A stretch of DNA of 64,000 bases from Halpernia frigidisoli. GTDB taxonomy: Bacteria; Bacteroidota; Bacteroidia; Flavobacteriales; Weeksellaceae. The stretch covers positions 722,411 to 786,410 of the forward strand of contig NZ_FOQT01000001.1 of NCBI RefSeq assembly GCF_900113805.1, read 5' to 3'. This document shows, in pieces, positions 50,819 to 58,697 of the stretch. Position numbers and translations under genes: made by a program. The notes under the pieces are model-generated. The model was not told the DNA's origin and did not search any database. It worked only from the letters and a program-made list of their open reading frames with translations. The first letter of the stretch is position 1; every line of letters begins with the position of its first letter.

Positions 50819-51010
50819 ATCCCGCGGAGGTGTTATTGCATCTCCTAAAGAGTTGTCTGTATGATCAAATTTTACATAATTAGAATCTTTACTAATTTGT
50901 TTTTTCTCTAATTTATTTTTTGCAGCTTTTAAACTATTTCCCTGCTCTTCACGAAAAGAAACTAATGTTAATGATGCTACTGCTATACTTAGGTAAATAA
51001 ACTTTTTCAT
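50816..51010 (-). CDS. small secreted peptide, paralog 1 (signal peptide + conserved C-terminal ...YVKFDHTDNSLGDAITPPRD)
   Basis: The 64-aa product starts MKKFIYLSIAVASLTLVS. The track ORF is trimmed to this Met at 51010. There are three paralogs in tandem. Confidence 0.6.
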   Translation of the reverse strand: MKKFIYLSIAVASLTLVSFREEQGNSLKAAKNKLEKKQISKDSNYVKFDHTDNSLGDAITPPRD

Positions 51011-51073
51011 AATAATTTTTATAAAGGTTTCTAAAATATAATTCTGAGTATTTTTCACATTCGCTTTAAAAAA

Positions 51074-51133
51074 CCTCTCCAGCTATTGTTGACTGGAGAG
51101 ATCAACACAAATGATGAAAAAAAATATTATTAA
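51074..51133 (+). repeat. composite repeat, copy D (abuts the stop of peptide gene 2)
   Basis: Hairpin CCTCTCCAGCTATTGTTGACTGGAGAG is followed by ATCAACACAAATGATGAAAAAAAATATTATTAAT. Confidence 0.75.
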
Positions 51134-51324
51134 TCTCTCGGCGGCGTTGTTGGATTGCCTAAAGAGTTATCTGTATGATCGAATTTAACGTAATTTGTAA
51201 TCGTGCTTGTTTTGTTCTCTTGCGGACTAATAGTTACAGGTTTCAAACTATTTCCTTCCTGCTCACGAAATGATACTAAACTTAGAGATGCTATGCCGAT
51301 ACTTAGGTAAATAAACTTTTTCAT
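51130..51324 (-). CDS. small secreted peptide, paralog 2 (...NYVKFDHTDNSLGNPTTPPRD)
   Basis: The 64-aa product starts MKKFIYLSIGIASLSLVS, and the C-terminal 20 aa are nearly identical to paralog 1. Confidence 0.6.
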   Translation of the reverse strand: MKKFIYLSIGIASLSLVSFREQEGNSLKPVTISPQENKTSTITNYVKFDHTDNSLGNPTTPPRD

Positions 51325-51390
51325 AATAATGATTTTATAATGATTTTTAAACTTAAAATTTTTAGTATTTTCTTTTGTGTTTTAAAAAAA

Positions 51391-51451
51391 CCTCTCCAGT
51401 AATTGTTGACTGGAGAGATCAACACAAATGATGAAAAAAATTTTATTGTTT
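51391..51451 (+). repeat. composite repeat, copy E
   Basis: Hairpin CCTCTCCAGTAATTGTTGACTGGAGAG is followed by ATCAACACAAATGATGAAAAAAATTTTATTGTTT. The following GGGGTTAAT spacer resembles the one after copy A. Confidence 0.75.
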
Positions 51452-51496
51452 AAGGGGTTAATTTTATTTTGTAAATGTCATAATTTGTTAAAAAAA

Positions 51497-51553
51497 TCTC
51501 TCCAGTGATTTGTTGACTGGAGAGATCAACACAAATGATGAAAAAAAATGCTT
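51497..51553 (+). repeat. composite repeat, copy F (abuts the stop of peptide gene 3)
   Basis: Hairpin TCTCTCCAGTGATTTGTTGACTGGAGAG is followed by ATCAACACAAATGATGAAAAAAAATG. Confidence 0.75.
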
Positions 51554-51565
51554 TATTACTGCGAA

Positions 51566-51784
51566 TTAATCTTGTGGTGGTCTTGCAGGATCACCATCTC
51601 TTGCAGTTGAATTGAAATTACTATATTCAGTGGAATTATTTATTGAATTTGAACCATCATTAAATAATTTTTTTTCTGTTCCAGGATTTTGACCGTTAAT
51701 TGCTTGTGTTAATTCATCTTGTTCTCTACAAGATACTAATGATAAAGAAAAAAGTGCGATGCTTAGGTAGATAATTTTTTTCAT
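51566..51784 (-). CDS. small secreted peptide, paralog 3 (lipoprotein-type signal LSLVSC; C-terminus ...DGDPARPPQD)
   Basis: The 72-aa product starts MKKIIYLSIALFSLSLVSC. The track ORF's Asn-rich upstream extension is rejected. Confidence 0.55.
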   Translation of the reverse strand: MKKIIYLSIALFSLSLVSCREQDELTQAINGQNPGTEKKLFNDGSNSINNSTEYSNFNSTARDGDPARPPQD

Positions 51785-51798
51785 AATTTTTGGATTTA

Positions 51799-51900
51799 AA
51801 TTTGTGTTGTTAAAAGATAATGTTGTGTTGTTGTTGTTAACTGAATTTGTGTTGTTGTTAAAATTTTTTTCTTCCATCATAAAAATGTTTGTGTTATTTG
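51799..51900. promoter_or_regulatory. divergent promoter region with direct repeats of the GTGTTG (CAACAC) motif
   Basis: ATTTGTGTTGTT at 51799, TGTTGTGTTGTTGTTGTT at 51821, ATTTGTGTTGTTGTT at 51846 and TGTTTGTGTTATT at 51887 all carry the motif, and AAAACACAAATGTT at 52053 sits just upstream of the regulator start. Confidence 0.45.
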
Positions 51901-52089
51901 ATGAGCCAAAACTATAAACTTTTACTGCTACCACCAAATATTTAAAATGCTATAGGTCTATTATCATAAATTCTGACTCTTAAAACATAAAAAATTAATA
52001 GTAATTTCAAAAAAAAAACGTTAATTTTGCAAATGAAGATCGTAAAAACATGAAAACACAAATGTTAACAAATTGATTATTAGCATTTT

Positions 52090-53817
52090 ATGATAAAGAC
52101 TAAAATATTATTTTTTGTATTAATATTTTTTAACATTTTTTTAAGTATTTCTGCTCAAAAAAGCAAACCAACTGATTTAACTTATAAGCAAATTGAAGAA
52201 AAAATAGATTTACTACATAAAGATTCCACAAAAATGTGGAAGATGATTAATCTATACATTCAAAAATCAAAGCAAGAGAGAAATTTTGAAACTTTAATTT
52301 ACGCTTATAGATATTCTACCTTATATTCTACGTTTCCTAGAAATATTGCTTTCGCAGATAGCGCTCTTTCAATTGCAAAGAAAAGTAATAATCCTGAATT
52401 CCTAAGCAGTGCTTATGTCAACAGAGGAAAAACCTGGCTAGATGAAAAAAAATACCAAAAATCTTTGGATGATTTTCTTTCCGCTATTACATACTCAAAT
52501 AAAACAGGTGATGACTATACTACTTACAAGACTAAATATTACATTGCGCAAAATAAAATTTATTTAGGATTATACGATGAAGCTCAGGAAGAGCTTAGAC
52601 AATGTATTGAATATTTTAAAAAAAATATCAAAACAACTGGTCTTGGAAAAGACAATGAGATGTATTATTTGTACTCATTAATGAGTTCTATAGATACTAA
52701 TTCAAAATTATTAAAACAGAAAGAAAATAAACCACTTTTAGATGAAGCGTTTGATTACATAACTGTAAATAATCTTTCCGAGTATCTTCCCTATTTTATT
52801 ACATCTCAAGGCGTTGATTCTTATAATAATAAAAACTATAATTTAGCCATATTAAAATTGAAACAGGCTCTATCTTTATTTAAGGATAACAGTTTTCATT
52901 ATACAGCTAATTTCTATCTTGGAATGTCTTATTGGCAAGAAGGAAGAAAGGACGAAGCAGTTCTATACTTTAAATTGATTGACGCTGATTATTCAAAAAG
53001 CGGAAAACTTGATCCTCATTTTAGACCAACGTACGAATATCTCATTAAATATTTTCAAAATTCTGGCAATAAAACCTTGCAACTTCAATATGTGAAAAAA
53101 CTAATGGAGCTTGACAGAAATTACGAGAAAAACTTTAAATATCTTTACACAACCATTAATAAAGAATATGATACTAAAAAGCTGCAACAGGAAAAAGATC
53201 GATTAGAAAGTTCTCTTCAAAGACAGCGAGTATTCTATTTCATTCTTATAATGCTCATTATTAGTGCAGCGGGATTTTTAATTTACAGATTTCTTAAGCT
53301 CCAAAGAAAATATCGGGAACAGTTTGAGAATATAATTCATGCGGATGAAACTAAGGATAGCATTACCTATCAGTTACAAACAGTCCAAAGTCCTAAAAAT
53401 TCTGAAACAGAAGAAATTTATTATGATAATATTCCAGGTATTAATCCGCAAATTGTTGAACAAATTGTAAAAGAGCTGGAAAAATTTGAAAGAGAAAAGC
53501 GTTATTTAGATCCTCAGATTTCCCAGAAATCATTAAGTGAAGATTTTGGTACAAATTCCAGTTATCTTTCCAAAATTATCAATACTTATAAAGATAAAAA
53601 TTTCAATCATTATGTAAATGATCTGCGAATTGATCACACCTTAAATCTTCTTAAAACAAAAAGGAAGTATTTAAATAAAGACGTTAAAGAACTCGCAACG
53701 ATTTCCGGATTTAACAGCACAGACAGTTTTAGTAAGAATTTCCAGAGAAAATTTGATATGAAACCAAGTCAGTTTATCAAAATGATGAAAGAAGAAGCTA
53801 GAATTTCCGCTCAATAA
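52090..53817 (+). CDS. membrane-anchored one-component regulator with a signal peptide, a predicted extracytoplasmic TPR domain, one TM helix and an AraC-type HTH
   Basis: It has a cleavable signal peptide (FLSISAQ) and TPR-like repeats over about aa 30-360. A TM helix (VFYFILIMLIISAAGFLIY) follows. The C-terminus is an HTH_AraC domain (GFNSTDSFSKNFQRKFDMKPSQF). Confidence 0.7.
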   Translation: MIKTKILFFVLIFFNIFLSISAQKSKPTDLTYKQIEEKIDLLHKDSTKMWKMINLYIQKSKQERNFETLIYAYRYSTLYSTFPRNIAFADSALSIAKKSNNPEFLSSAYVNRGKTWLDEKKYQKSLDDFLSAITYSNKTGDDYTTYKTKYYIAQNKIYLGLYDEAQEELRQCIEYFKKNIKTTGLGKDNEMYYLYSLMSSIDTNSKLLKQKENKPLLDEAFDYITVNNLSEYLPYFITSQGVDSYNNKNYNLAILKLKQALSLFKDNSFHYTANFYLGMSYWQEGRKDEAVLYFKLIDADYSKSGKLDPHFRPTYEYLIKYFQNSGNKTLQLQYVKKLMELDRNYEKNFKYLYTTINKEYDTKKLQQEKDRLESSLQRQRVFYFILIMLIISAAGFLIYRFLKLQRKYREQFENIIHADETKDSITYQLQTVQSPKNSETEEIYYDNIPGINPQIVEQIVKELEKFEREKRYLDPQISQKSLSEDFGTNSSYLSKIINTYKDKNFNHYVNDLRIDHTLNLLKTKRKYLNKDVKELATISGFNSTDSFSKNFQRKFDMKPSQFIKMMKEEARISAQ

Positions 53818-54775
53818 CGTAATCAAGCATTAAATGCAAAGATGTTTTTGCTTCAGAATCTGGAAAATCAGTTAAAATTAACTTTGCTTCTTCGTAATAA
53901 TTATTCATCACCGAAAGTGCATAGTCTAATCCACCTGTAAACTTAACAAAATCAATAAGTTCTTTTACTCTTTTTTTATTGTCTTTGTATTTTTTTACGG
54001 TTTCAAAGTGGTATTTTCTGTCTTTCGCATTAGCATTTTTGAGACTGTAAATTAAAGGCAGAGTCATTTTTTGTTCCTGAATGTCAATTCCAACTGGTTT
54101 TCCGATCGCATTTGCACTAAGATAATCAAAAAGATCATCCTTTATTTGAAAAGCCATTCCTGTTTTCGTTCCAAAAATTTGCATTTTTTTTGCTAAATCT
54201 TCATCAGCATTATTAGAAAGAACGCCGATTTCACAACAAGCGGCAATTAGCGTTGCAGTTTTTTGGCGAATAATTTCGTAATACACATCTTCCGTAATAT
54301 CTAAAGTTCTGGCTTTTTCCAATTGTAAAAGCTCACCTTCAGACATTTCTCTGATTGTACGGGCGATAACGTGCAGTAAATCATAATCTTTATTATCTGT
54401 AGAAAGTAAAACTGATTTGGAAAGAAGAAAATCACCAACTAAAACCGCAATTTTGTTTTTCCAAAGTGCGTTAATTGAGAAAAAATTTCTTCTTTTAAAA
54501 CTTTCATCAACAACATCATCGTGAACCAAAGTTGCTGTATGAATCAATTCAATCATAGACGCACCGCGAAAAGTTTTTTCATTCACTTCGCCAACTAATT
54601 TTGCACATAAAAAAACAAACATTGGTCGCATTTGCTTTCCTTTTGTGGTCACAATAAAACGTGTCACTTTATCTAAAAGTGGCACTTTCGTATGCATAGA
54701 TTCATAAAACTTTTGTTCGAAAAGTTTCATCTCTTCTAAAATTGGTTTTTTGATCTCGTTAACGGTTGTTGACAC
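53798..54775 (-). CDS. polyprenyl diphosphate synthase (IspB-like)
   Basis: First (VHDDVVD) and second (KDDLFD) Asp-rich motifs are present. Confidence 0.8.
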   Translation of the reverse strand: MSTTVNEIKKPILEEMKLFEQKFYESMHTKVPLLDKVTRFIVTTKGKQMRPMFVFLCAKLVGEVNEKTFRGASMIELIHTATLVHDDVVDESFKRRNFFSINALWKNKIAVLVGDFLLSKSVLLSTDNKDYDLLHVIARTIREMSEGELLQLEKARTLDITEDVYYEIIRQKTATLIAACCEIGVLSNNADEDLAKKMQIFGTKTGMAFQIKDDLFDYLSANAIGKPVGIDIQEQKMTLPLIYSLKNANAKDRKYHFETVKKYKDNKKRVKELIDFVKFTGGLDYALSVMNNYYEEAKLILTDFPDSEAKTSLHLMLDYVIERKF

Positions 54776-54855
54776 TAATTTGTAAAATTATGTTTAATTC
54801 TGCGCAAATATAAAGCTTTTTTTAAATAATTAAATTTTGACCACTATTATAAAAC

Positions 54856-55728
54856 CTAATTAAAGTCAGAAAAAGGAATGAAAAATAATTGTCCTTTTTT
54901 TGTTCCTAATGGTGAATGAAAATATTCACCGGAAAGATAAATGCCGTTTTGATTGACGGAAATTCCTTCAATTTGACCAAGAGAAAAAGCGCTTCCCAAA
55001 TAATATTTTTTTGGAATTTCTGTGAAAAAAGTGTCATTTTCAGATTTACTGAAAACTTCTAAATAAATCTTCCCTAATTTTGTGTATCCTACTGAATAAA
55101 GTTTTTTATTAAAATAAGAGGCATCTGTGACTACAAAATCCGTTTTGTAGTTTTCAATTTTTTTAGCGGCCTGATTTTCAAAATTTGCGGGATCGATTGT
55201 GTAATGAGAAGTTGATTTTGAAAGCCATTCTTTTGTAAAAACGTGAATTTTTCCATTTAAATAAATCATTGCTTCATCATCAAAATTATTATTTAAATTT
55301 TTTGGTGTAAAATCATTTTGCTCCGGATAATAAAATGAAATGATTTTTGTAGAATCTAATTTTAAAGAATCGCGGAAAGGGACTTTATAAATTTTTAAGT
55401 CTTTTCTTGTGCCTAAATTATTACCAAAATCGCCGATGTAAAAGTTTTCGCCATCGTTTGTCAAAGATTCCCAATCAATATTTTGAAGTTTTGTTTGAAG
55501 TTTCTTTTGTATTTTTCCAGTTTTTGGATCGATTTGAAAAAGTTCAGAAGTGTTTCCGCTGTCATTGAAAGTGTAAAGTTTTCCATTAAAGAAATTTAGT
55601 CCGGAACTTTCCTTTAAACTGTCATCTAAAACGGCGACTGAATACTTTTTGATCTTAAAAGTTTCTGTTTTTTGTGAAAAACCAGTTTGAAAGATCAATA
55701 AGAGAAATATTAAAAGCGAATTTTTCAT
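54856..55728 (-). CDS. SdiA-regulated/phytase-like beta-propeller domain protein
   Basis: A signal peptide is followed by ESSGL...NDSGN motifs typical of the SdiA-regulated family. Confidence 0.5.
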   Translation of the reverse strand: MKNSLLIFLLLIFQTGFSQKTETFKIKKYSVAVLDDSLKESSGLNFFNGKLYTFNDSGNTSELFQIDPKTGKIQKKLQTKLQNIDWESLTNDGENFYIGDFGNNLGTRKDLKIYKVPFRDSLKLDSTKIISFYYPEQNDFTPKNLNNNFDDEAMIYLNGKIHVFTKEWLSKSTSHYTIDPANFENQAAKKIENYKTDFVVTDASYFNKKLYSVGYTKLGKIYLEVFSKSENDTFFTEIPKKYYLGSAFSLGQIEGISVNQNGIYLSGEYFHSPLGTKKGQLFFIPFSDFN

Positions 55729-55779
55729 TTAAAATTGATGATGAACTTATTATAAAATAAATTTGAAACTACGAAAACT

Positions 55780-55866
55780 TTGCAGCCCGACTTGAGTGGA
55801 AATCCTTTTATTTTTTTGTTTAAAAAAAATAAAAGATTGGGAACGAAAGGCGGAAGTTGCTGCCCA
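55780..55866 (+). repeat. structured intergenic repeat, copy 3
   Basis: TTGCAGCCCGACTTGAGTGGAAATCCTTTT...GGGAACGAAAGGCGGAAGTTGCTGCCCAAAT matches copies 1 and 2. Confidence 0.6.
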
Positions 55867-55879
55867 AATCAATCTATAA

Positions 55880-56806
55880 TTATATACTCTGATTTTTCTC
55901 TTTAAATAATTTTTTTGCTAAATATTCTTTTTGATACTGTCGCACCGTTTTGCCCGTTCCGTCGTGTTTCCAGCCAGGTGAATTGAAAATATAATTGAAT
56001 TTATCTGTTAATTTTAAATCGGGTTGCTTAATATCTTTCCAAATATTTCGCCATTCATACGCGAAAATTGTCAATGGTTTATCGTCCGGCATTTTTGGGT
56101 AAATACCGTATTTTACGGGAACTAAATCATCTTCTTTTTCAAAAGTGCCAAACATTTTATCCCAAAAAACGAAGACCATTCCCATATTTCTGTCGAGATA
56201 TTTGATGTTGCAGGCGTGATGAACGCGGTGATGCGATGGCGTGATCAAAATATGTTCTAAAAACCCCATTTTTTTAACGGTTTGCGTGTGAACCCAGGTT
56301 CCATAAACCTGTCCCACAGCGTAAACTACCAAAATATGCCAAGGATTAAAACCCAAAAAAGCAAGCGGTGCAAAATATAAATAACGGTATAGTGGTTCTA
56401 AAACGGAACTGCGAAAACCAGTCGTTAAATTGAAATATTCTGAATTGTGATGTGTGATATGAACTGCCCAAAAAGCGCGGGAATGATGATCCATATAATG
56501 CAAAACCCAATACGCCAAATCCGTTACCACAAAGCAAATGATCCAATAATACCAGGTAAATTCCCAGTTAAATATTCGGTAAGAATAGAAGAAAAACATG
56601 ACGGCCATCGTAACCACTTTCATGGCGAGATCTATGCTAAAATTCCCTAAAGCCAAAAAGATATTTTGAACAATATCTTTATTATTATATAATTTGGATT
56701 CTGAAACGTGGCTGTAAATCATTTCGCCCAAAATGACAGTTGCGTGAAAGGGAATTGCCCAAGTGTAAACGTTTTGAAGACCATCTTCTCCAAGAAAAAA
56801 ACTCAT
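55880..56806 (-). CDS. sterol desaturase/fatty acid hydroxylase superfamily protein
   Basis: Three His boxes (HYMDHH, HITHHNSEY, HHRVHHACN) lie in a polytopic membrane protein. Confidence 0.75.
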   Translation of the reverse strand: MSFFLGEDGLQNVYTWAIPFHATVILGEMIYSHVSESKLYNNKDIVQNIFLALGNFSIDLAMKVVTMAVMFFFYSYRIFNWEFTWYYWIICFVVTDLAYWVLHYMDHHSRAFWAVHITHHNSEYFNLTTGFRSSVLEPLYRYLYFAPLAFLGFNPWHILVVYAVGQVYGTWVHTQTVKKMGFLEHILITPSHHRVHHACNIKYLDRNMGMVFVFWDKMFGTFEKEDDLVPVKYGIYPKMPDDKPLTIFAYEWRNIWKDIKQPDLKLTDKFNYIFNSPGWKHDGTGKTVRQYQKEYLAKKLFKEKNQSI

Positions 56807-56836
56807 GAAAAACTAATTTTTTACAAAGTTAAGATT

Positions 56837-57553
56837 TTAAATTTTGCGTTTCAACAATAAAATCTTGATATTGATAAAATCATAAATTAAACCGCTAATT
56901 AAAATCAAAGTTCCCAATAAGAGTGATTTTATTCCGAAATGATCAAACAAAATTCCACCAACCAAGCCTCCACTAAAAAACATGGAAATTATAGTGAGGC
57001 GCAAATTAATAGAATTATGTAATTTATTTTTTTGAAGTCTATCTTTGTAAAAGAATAACTGAGAAAGTTCAATTCCTAAATCTGTGAAAAGACCCGTTAA
57101 ATGAGTTGTTCGAACGACCGATTTTGATATGCTTGTGACCAAAGAATTTTGCATTCCCATGGCGAAAAGCAAACTGCAAACAATGGTATCTGCATTATTT
57201 TTTATTAAATAATTTCCTACTAACGCAATCATAAACAGAATTGTAGCCTCAAAAATGACTGGTATTAACAAAGTCTGATTTTTATTATTTTTGGAAGAAT
57301 ATTCTACCATGAAGTTTGCTGCAAAAGATCCGAAAAGAAAGGAAATTAAGTAAAATGCAATATGAATAGCATTTTCAAAATGTAATTTAAAAACTTCATC
57401 AATTAAAAAAGCAAAATGTCCCGTAACATTTGTAGTTAATTTCTGCACGGAAAAAAAGCCGACAACATTTACCAATCCTGCCACAAATGAAAGTAAAGAC
57501 GCAATCTGAAGATTGTGTTTTGGCGTTCTGGTTTTCCCTTTGTGTGAAAACAC
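56837..57553 (-). CDS. YoaK/DUF1275 family membrane protein
   Basis: SLLSFVAGLVNVVGFF and six TM helices match DUF1275. Confidence 0.65.
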   Translation of the reverse strand: MFSHKGKTRTPKHNLQIASLLSFVAGLVNVVGFFSVQKLTTNVTGHFAFLIDEVFKLHFENAIHIAFYLISFLFGSFAANFMVEYSSKNNKNQTLLIPVIFEATILFMIALVGNYLIKNNADTIVCSLLFAMGMQNSLVTSISKSVVRTTHLTGLFTDLGIELSQLFFYKDRLQKNKLHNSINLRLTIISMFFSGGLVGGILFDHFGIKSLLLGTLILISGLIYDFINIKILLLKRKI

Positions 57554-58587
57554 TATTCTGCTGCTTTATTGGCAAGTTGTCCGCACGCGGCGTCGATGTC
57601 TCCGCCTCTACTTCTTCGGATCATAACTGTAATTCCGTTTTTTTCAAGTTGACGAACGTAATTATCTTCCGCGGCTTTATTGCATTGATCGTACTTTCCG
57701 TCACCAATTGGATTATATTGAATTAAATTTACTTTGCTTGGAATTTGCTTGCAAAATTTAATTAATGCTTTGATGTCTTCATCGCCGTCATTAATATTTT
57801 TCCAGACGCAATATTCAAAAGTGACGATATTTCCGGTTTTTTCATACCAATATTTCAGCGAATCCATTATATCCGTTAAAGGAAATTTGTCTGAAAAAGG
57901 CATGATTTCATTTCGCTTTTTCTCTATGGCAGAATGTAATGAAAGTGCTAATTTTACTTTGATATTTTCGTCAGCCAGCATTTTTATCATCTTTGGAATT
58001 CCCGAAGTTGAAACTGTGATTCTACGTGGTGACATTCCCAAACCTTCCGACTCGGTGATTTTTTTAATGGATTCAACGACATTTTTGTAATTCATCATTG
58101 GCTCTCCCATTCCCATGAATACAATGTTTGTCAGCGGTCTGTCAAAATACATTCTACTTTGCTGGTCAATTAACGCGACTTGATCAACAATTTCTGCAAC
58201 ATCTAAATTCCGCATTCTTTTTAATCTTGCCGTTGCGCAAAATTCACAATTTAAGGAACATCCAACTTGTGAAGAAACGCACGCGGTTGTTCTCGTTAAC
58301 GTTGGAATTAAAACGGATTCTACTAAAAGTCCGTCGTGTAATTTCACGCCATTTTTAATCGTTCCGTCTGAACTTCTTTGCAATTGATCAACAGAAATTG
58401 GTTTTATCTCAAAATCTTTGGAAATTTTATCTCTCAAATCTTTGGAAAGATTTGTCATTTCATCAATTGAATGCAGATTTTTCGACCACAACCAATTATA
58501 AACCTGTTTTGCTCGAAAAGGTTTTTCATCAAGATTTAAAAAATAATCTTGAAGTTCGGATAGTGATAAAGTTCGTAAATCTTTCAT
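57553..58587 (-). CDS. rlmN: 23S rRNA (adenine2503-C2)-methyltransferase, radical SAM
   Basis: The CxxxCxxC cluster (GCSLNCEFCATA), the conserved methyl-transfer Cys region and a length of about 344 aa match RlmN. Confidence 0.9.
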   Translation of the reverse strand: MKDLRTLSLSELQDYFLNLDEKPFRAKQVYNWLWSKNLHSIDEMTNLSKDLRDKISKDFEIKPISVDQLQRSSDGTIKNGVKLHDGLLVESVLIPTLTRTTACVSSQVGCSLNCEFCATARLKRMRNLDVAEIVDQVALIDQQSRMYFDRPLTNIVFMGMGEPMMNYKNVVESIKKITESEGLGMSPRRITVSTSGIPKMIKMLADENIKVKLALSLHSAIEKKRNEIMPFSDKFPLTDIMDSLKYWYEKTGNIVTFEYCVWKNINDGDEDIKALIKFCKQIPSKVNLIQYNPIGDGKYDQCNKAAEDNYVRQLEKNGITVMIRRSRGGDIDAACGQLANKAAE

Positions 58588-58697
58588 TTAAAAGAGAAAT
58601 TTAAAATAAAAGTCCAGTTTTAAAAAACCAGACTTTTCATTTTTTAGATTTTAAATTGAATAATTTTCAATGTTACTTATTGCCAATTATTTATTAC

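Noticed and set aside
50551-51553. Possibility that the six repeats form a CRISPR array
   Set aside because: Spacing is irregular (about 40 to 250 bp), protein-coding genes lie between them, each unit includes a terminator hairpin plus T-run, and there are no cas genes.
51785-51937. Asn-rich N-terminal extension of the third peptide ORF (track start 51937)
   Set aside because: The extension is translated from the (TTG)n/GTGTTG repeat-rich promoter DNA. The paralog alignment shows the real start is the MKKIIYLSI Met at 51784.
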